A DNA stretch of 64,000 nucleotides from the human T2T-CHM13v2.0 reference genome, Homo sapiens. Under the pieces are notes generated by a model, which had not been told where the DNA came from, searched no databases, and saw only the letters and a list, made by a program, of their open reading frames with translations. Numbering within the stretch: the stretch's first letter is position 1; every line of letters begins with the position of its first letter. A program made the position numbers and the translations under genes. The stretch lies in the NCBI RefSeq assembly GCF_009914755.1, contig NC_060925.1; one strand, written 5' to 3'. Positions 47,292 through 64,000 of this stretch are shown one piece after another.

Positions 47292-48590
47292 TTTTATTTT
47301 TTCTTTCTGTTTTCTGAGACAGTGTCTCTAATCTGTCCCTCTGTCGGCCAGGCTGGAGTGCATGGCGCTATCATAGCTCACCGTAACCTCCAACTTGTGG
47401 GCTTAAGGGATTCTCTCACTCCAGCCTCCCGAGTAGCTGAGACTACAGGCATGCACCACCACGCCTGGCTAATTTTTTTTTTTTTTTTTTAAGAGATGGA
47501 GTGTCTCTATGTTACCCAGTCTGGTCTTCAACTCCAGGCCTCAAGCGATTCTCCTCACCGTAGCCTCCCAAAGCGCTGGGATTATAGGCATGAGCCACCA
47601 CTATTCCTGGCCCAGGCTCAATTTTTAAACGCACATCTGAATTAGAAAACAGCAGAGAGCGAGGAGAGCAATTTTATTTTAAGCTGCCCCCCCCGCCCCC
47701 GCCCCCGCCCCCGCCCCCGCATAGAAACAAAAAATAACCAAACAAAAAACTGTCTTCATTATTTCCACTGCCCTTGAAGTTCAGGCTCTTGGTAATTCTT
47801 GAACAGTCAGTCGCAGCCAACTGGTCTTCCTGTCTTTCTTTTCTCCTCTCCCCGCCGGAGAGAGCTCACTAAAATGCATATGAAAACCTACAGGGTAAAG
47901 CCCAAAGTTCTTAAGTGGTTTACAAGGCTCTTCAGGAGTCATACGCTGCCGCCCTCTTTCCCAGTCCCATCTCTCATTACTTTCACACAAAAGAGCCACT
48001 CAAACTGTTTCTTTTTTTATTATTATTATTTTTATTTTTTGAGACAGAGTCTCACCCAGACTGAAGTGCAGTGGCACAATCTCGGCTCACTCACCGCAGC
48101 CTCTGCCTTCCCGGTCCAAGCAATTCTCCTGCCTCAGCCTCCCAAGTGGCTGGGATTACAGGTATGTGCCATCACGCCCGCTAAGTTTTGTATTTTTAGT
48201 AGAGACAGGGTTTTGCCATGTTGGCCGGACTGGTCTCAAATTCCTGACCTTAAGTGATCCACCTGCCTTGGCCTCCCAAAGTGCTGGGATTACAGGCGTG
48301 AGCCACTATGCCTGGCCTTGTTTTTTTTGTTTTGAGACAGGGTCTCGCTGTCACCCAGGCTGGAGTGTGATAGCATGATCGGGGCTCACTGCAGCAGCCT
48401 TGACTTCTTAAGCTCAAGGGATCCTCCCACTTCAGCCTCCTGAGTAGCTGGGACTATAGGTGCACATCACCATGCCCAGCTAATTTTCATATATTTGGTA
48501 GAGATGGGGTTTCACCATGTTGCCCAGACTGGTTTTGAACTCCTGGGCTCAAGCGATTCTCCTCACCTCAACTCCCAGAGCACCAGGCCT
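47292..48590 (-). mobile_element. Three Alus (47292-47612, 48010-48316, 48317-48590)
   Basis: Reverse Alu consensus. Confidence 0.85.
47686..47720. repeat. (CCCCCG)n hexamer repeat
   Basis: GCCCCCCCCGCCCCCGCCCCCGCCCCCGCCCCCGC. Confidence 0.9.
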
Positions 48591-48668
48591 CAAACTGTTC
48601 TAATTTACAATTCCCTTTGCAGCTGGTGATTAATCCTCCCAAGAATGCCTCCTGTCACATTTGATCCC

Positions 48669-49364
48669 TGCGGTGGAAAAGTTAAATATTAAATTTGAAC
48701 TCAATTGAACGTGGACAGAAACAATGGTCACCAAGTCCCAGAACAGGTTGTGTGAGCCCCTTGAGGTGTTCGTCCAGCACTGTTTTGGAGAAATCTCTAT
48801 TTCAATCTATTCCTACACGTTAGTTATTGAAAAACAATAGACAATTGCAAAAATAAGTTGAATGTTTTGTGTTCCTTGAGCCTAGTCGCCAAGGGCCCCG
48901 TGACTGGGCCTCATGCCAAACAACTCGTTACAAAAAGAGCTAGGGTCCCAGACTGCGCCAAAACTTCATGAGACCTCTCCTCGTCTGTGCATGGATGAGT
49001 GGCCAACTCTGGAGCCCAGGCTGTTGCTTCTCAGTCTGGTGGTGAATCCTCTATAGTCTTATGAGTGCGGTGTTCAACTCTGGAACCCAGGCTGTTGCTT
49101 TCCAGTCTGGTGGTAAATCCTCCATAGTCTGGTGAATGTAAACATCTTTTCCCTTCTCCCCTTCCCATTGCAATTTGCTTATTATATCAATCTGTTTATT
49201 ATATCATTTGCTTACTTATTATATAATTTGCTTATTATATTAATTTGCTTGTACCATTTGCTTATTATATCTCCATTGCCATTTACATGGGATAAAGCTT
49301 GTTTACCCTTAAAGGTATTGTGTGTGTCTCTTCTTCTCCCCTTGTGCGTTTCCTGCACAGAACA
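48669..49364 (+). mobile_element. Solo ERV LTR (ERV1 class; LTR15-like from memory)
   Basis: TG...CA termini; near-TSD ATCCC/ACCCC; 5' motif AAAAGTTAAATATTAAATTTGAACTCAATTGAAC; poly(A)-like GATAAA at about 49291. Confidence 0.75.
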
Positions 49365-49504
49365 ACCCCGCAGCCAAATTTCTTTTTTCTATAAAGTTTT
49401 CCCTTACAACCCCGCCACCCCCACCGCCCAACAAAGTATGCCTCTTGTATGACATACTCCTAGTGCTTGTTGATATATAGCAACCACCTCTTTGCATTTG
49501 CCAT

Positions 49505-49803
49505 TTTTTTTTGTTTTTGAGATAGTGTCTCACTCTGTCACCCAGGCTGCAGCGCAATGGCGTGATGTCGGCTCACTGTAACCTCCACTTCCTGGGCTCG
49601 TGCCATCCTCCCACCTCAGCCTCCCAAGTAGATGGGACTACAGGTGCGTACCACCATGCCCAGCTAATTGTTTCTGTATTTTTGGTAAAGACAGGGTTTC
49701 ACATGTTGTCCAAGATGGTCTCGAACTCCTGAACTCAAGTGATCCACCTGCCACGACCTCCCAAAGTCCTGGGATCACAGGTGTGAGCCACTGCGTCCAG
49801 GCT
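49505..49803 (-). mobile_element. Alu (AluJ-like)
   Basis: Reverse Alu consensus. Confidence 0.88.
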
Positions 49804-50155
49804 GTATTTGCCACTATTTGTTTACATGTTTGTTTCTGCTACTGGACTGGACTCTTTGATGGTAGTTGTGTTTTATATTATTGCCATTGTCAAGCACATA
49901 TTACGTGCTTGATATCTGATGAATAAATGAATGAAAAAAATTAATGAAGAAGCAAAGGAGCAACAACAAGGAAAGGAAGGAACAATACACAGTTGCTTCT
50001 TAAACTAATACTATTGCAAAGAAAGGGGTAACAAGATTGGGTTTAGAGAAAGCCCCAGTCTGGAGCTGACGATGGATAGGAGGGGAATCTCTAGTTGGAA
50101 AAATATATTAAAAGTGCTCTCTTAATCATATGGATAAAGAATTACATGAGGTCAG

Positions 50156-50342
50156 GGAGCAGGGAGGGATAGCATTAGGAGATATACCTAATGTAAATGA
50201 TGAGTTAATGGGTGCAGCACACCAACACGGCACATGTATACATATGTAACAAACCTGCATGTTGTGCACACATACCCTAGAACTTGAAGTAAAATAAAAT
50301 AAATAAATAAATAAAAGAAATTAATCCTAAAAAAAAAAAAAA
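50156..50342 (+). mobile_element. 5'-truncated L1PA 3' end with A-tail
   Basis: GGGAGGGATAGCATTAGGAGATATACCTAATGTAAATG...; TSD AAAGAATTACATGAGGTCAG at 50136-50155 and 50343-50362. Confidence 0.9.
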
Positions 50343-51038
50343 AAAGAATTACATGAGGTCAGTCACAGTGGCTCACACCTATAATCCCAGCATGTGGAAA
50401 GGCCAAGACGGGAGGATTGCTTGAGGCCAGGAGTTGGAGACCAGCCTAGGCAACATAGTGAGACCCCCTCTCTAAAAAAAATTTAAATATATATATATGT
50501 ATACACACACAAACACACACACATATATATGTGTGTATATGTATATATGTGTGAGCATTAGATGAACCAGTACTCAAGGAAACCTACCTCCATTTGGGGG
50601 CTGACTGAGGGTAAAGAGGAGAGGAGAGTCTGTCAACATAATCTGGTTGCGGTCTCAGCCCTAGAAACTGTGTGCTCCATAAAGGCTGATCAAGTTACAG
50701 CCTGTATGAAGTGCACTGAGGGTCACAATGGAAACCCTTTCCTGTCACAAAACAACTCAGCAGGTTGACACAGAATGGTGTTCATGCCAAATAGGCCAGA
50801 CAGGCCACAATTCTCAGGGTTAGGCAATAGAGGCAGAGACTCGGTCTCTAGAAGGCCATTGCTTAAGTGCACGTGTTCTCTCAGGATAATGGAAAAACTC
50901 TGGGTGTCTCAAGAGGAGCCTAGAAGATACCTGCTTAATGGAATCAAATAGATTTGATCTCTACCATTAGAACCTTAAATTCTTCAGCTAATTATCACCT
51001 TAGAGGGCTCAAAGAGCTTATTTCAAAAGGGATGAGGC

Positions 51039-51368
<330 letters not shown>

Positions 51369-53631
51369 TTAGTGGATGAGACAACAGCACGTAGAAACAC
51401 ATCTTCACAATCTGGGAGATGGGTCAGAGAGCAGGAACACCACCACCTGGTGCTCCAGTATACTTTCTCCCTTAATCCTCACAAGGCATGATATGGTAGA
51501 TTATTTTATGACAAAATAGTTTTATAATAATAGTTACCATTTACTGAGCATTTACTAAATGCTCACTTTTCTTGGATTATTTCATTTTGTCTTCATGACC
51601 CTAATAGGTTTAAAGATGAGAAAGCCAAGACTTAGAGAAGTTAAGTCTGTCCTAGGTCAAACAGACTTTTTAAGTTGTGTAGCCTAGATTTAAACCCAAA
51701 TCTGCCTTCATTGTTAACCACTGTAATACACAGCCTTTTATTATCTGAGCCTCAAGGAAGTTATGATTTGCTGAAGGCCATACAGCTAATAAATGGCAGA
51801 TAGGATTTCAATCTAAACCTCTGTGCTTCCCAGACCTTTATACTTTCTGGTCACTTAAGCAGGTGAGAATTACAGGAGGCTAGAATACATCTCCTGTGGG
51901 AAAGCCACAGAAAACATTTAAAATACTTCTTAACTTTGCCTTCCAGGGACTCCACTCTGTAAAATCCCAGGCAAAACAAGTATCTACCTCTCACTATTAC
52001 TGAGCAGTCTATATCCTAGGGAATACATATAGAGCCAAAAGTCATTTGACACTGAACTTTATTTGTTCTGACCATCTGATATACTGTCCACCCCACTGGG
52101 AAACAGAGACAATGCCCATGAGGGTGGGCCTCTGCAGAAGGCCAGAGACATGCCAAAATAAATACTGTGGTCAGGCCTCAGGAACAGCCTGGGAGGACAG
52201 GTTCTGTGACTGCTAGTCAACCACCCAATCAGGTCTTCTCTCTTCTCAGCTCTTAATGAGTGCTGATTCTTCAAAAGGCTCCCAGAGCTGCACTCTGGAG
52301 ACCAATAACTGACTTCGATATCTCAAGTCTTGATTACAAAGAAATATAAGTTACCCAGTTGTCTGTGAGAATCCAACTGCCTTTACTGTCCATGACCCAA
52401 ATATGGAGTGGGTTGGGGAGGGATCAGAGATAGAAATTAACCTGGAGATTTCCAGTAAGCATCAAGCAAGGGCTGGCAAACTGATTCCACCAGAGAAACC
52501 CTGCAAAATATGACCAGGGTTCTAGGGTTGCCCCAGAAACATTTTCCTAGGAGCTATTTGTGCTACATAACCAGTGCTGAGCAAGTAAGGGCTTGCTCCC
52601 CAGAGCCCCATGCCACCCATGTAGGTTTCTTAATGCAGACTCCACACTTTTAGATCCCATGGGGCTGCTGCTTCCCAAAGCTGGTAAAGTGAAAGCATTT
52701 CCCATCATCAAGTAGCAGTACTCTCTCTCCTGTCTGCTTTCTAAGCAGGCCCCAAGGAGGGCTCAAGAGTGAGTATAAGACTTGAGAGAAGTAGAGAAAA
52801 TACTGCCTAGGTACACCCAGTCCTCCCTGCTATTCCAGCTCCAGCCACCTGAGGGCTCCTGGCTTCAGAAAATCAGGCACCAGGCCCTGGCTTTGCTCCC
52901 AGAAAAGGCTTGGAATCAGGAAGCCTATGCCCAGCGAGCCTGGGGGCAGCTCTGTTTCACCAACACCTGAGGGCGGTCGAGTGCACTACAGGTCTCAGGT
53001 TTCAGGGGGGATGGCAGTTGCCTGTCTAAAGGCTTCTCTGTTCCTTGGAATTGTACAGAATGTCTCTTGTGGCTTTTCCTCCTCCCTCCTTTTTTCCTGT
53101 TGACTCTCCCCATCCGGCTCTATGAATCACCAGAGTCCACAGGAAAGCAGCAGATGTTGACTTTACTCCTTTCAAGCCAACGTCAGCTCCCTCCTGTGGA
53201 GTGGGGAACAGGCAGGAAAGTGAGAGGGTGGAAGAATCGAGGAAGATAACCCTCATCCTTTCCAAACTGTGAGGGAAGATAAAGAGGGAATCTGAAAGGA
53301 GTCAGGCACCTAGGCAAAAAAATTATTGATTCCTGGGGATAAAAGGACCCCAAACAAAAGCCCCAGTGTTGGCTATGGAACCAGGATCACGAGGAGGAGG
53401 GAAGCAGAGGGTGGGAGCATGGCTAGTTTTGGTGCCAGCTCTTCTTGTCTGAGGTAAAGCCTCATCTCTAGCCAGCAGCATCCCTAGGACTCAAAAGTCA
53501 AGTCAGGCTGCTGGTCTGGGGAGATAGTCCAGAGGCGGCTTCTTGTCCCATCTGAGCCCCCAAACCTCTGCTTTTATGCAAGTCTCTTGAAGAAGCTGCC
53601 AGGGAGGACTTTCTAGACCCTTATTCTATAT

Positions 53632-63795
<10,164 letters not shown>

Positions 63796-63835
63796 CTGAG
63801 AAGAGAAAGGAGTGAGGTGAGATCAGATGTATGCA

Positions 63836-63836
<1 letters not shown>

Positions 63837-63883
<47 letters not shown>
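63837..63883. repeat. (CA)n microsatellite, about 23 units
   Basis: Uninterrupted CA run in an ITGA10 intron. Confidence 0.95.
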
Positions 63884-63885
<2 letters not shown>

Positions 63886-64000
63886 ATTTAACATCAGCAC
63901 TTCCCTGAGGTCAGGCATCTTGCCTTTTAGGCCATTTCCTGAGTATTTAACATGGAGATGGCATGGAGTGAGAGCTCAAATGTTTGAAGGTCATAGAACA

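Overview
Human genomic DNA from the gene-dense, Alu-rich proximal 1q21.1 (TAR-region) cluster. In order it holds: the last four exons of POLR3C (+), complete NUDT17 (+, 8 exons, 328 aa), complete PIAS3 (-, 14 exons, 628 aa) with the intronic tailed mirtron MIR6736, complete ANKRD35 (-, 13 coding exons plus a 3'UTR exon, 1001 aa), and the last 23 exons of ITGA10 (-). I located the exons by reading GT/AG boundaries; for the three complete genes the exon lengths sum to an intact reading frame. The rest is mostly Alus, L1/MIR fragments, one solo ERV LTR and microsatellites. I found no clearly new multi-gene system. The least-explained elements are: a TSD-flanked, poly(A)-tailed retrocopy of an unidentified AT-rich 3'UTR in ANKRD35 intron 10; a diverged ~200-bp direct repeat in ANKRD35 intron 1; an intergenic Kozak-initiated 97-aa ORF with its own poly(A) signal; the tail-to-tail NUDT17/PIAS3 overlap; and stop-free in-frame introns in NUDT17 and PIAS3. 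Gene names and repeat families come from recognition, not database searches.
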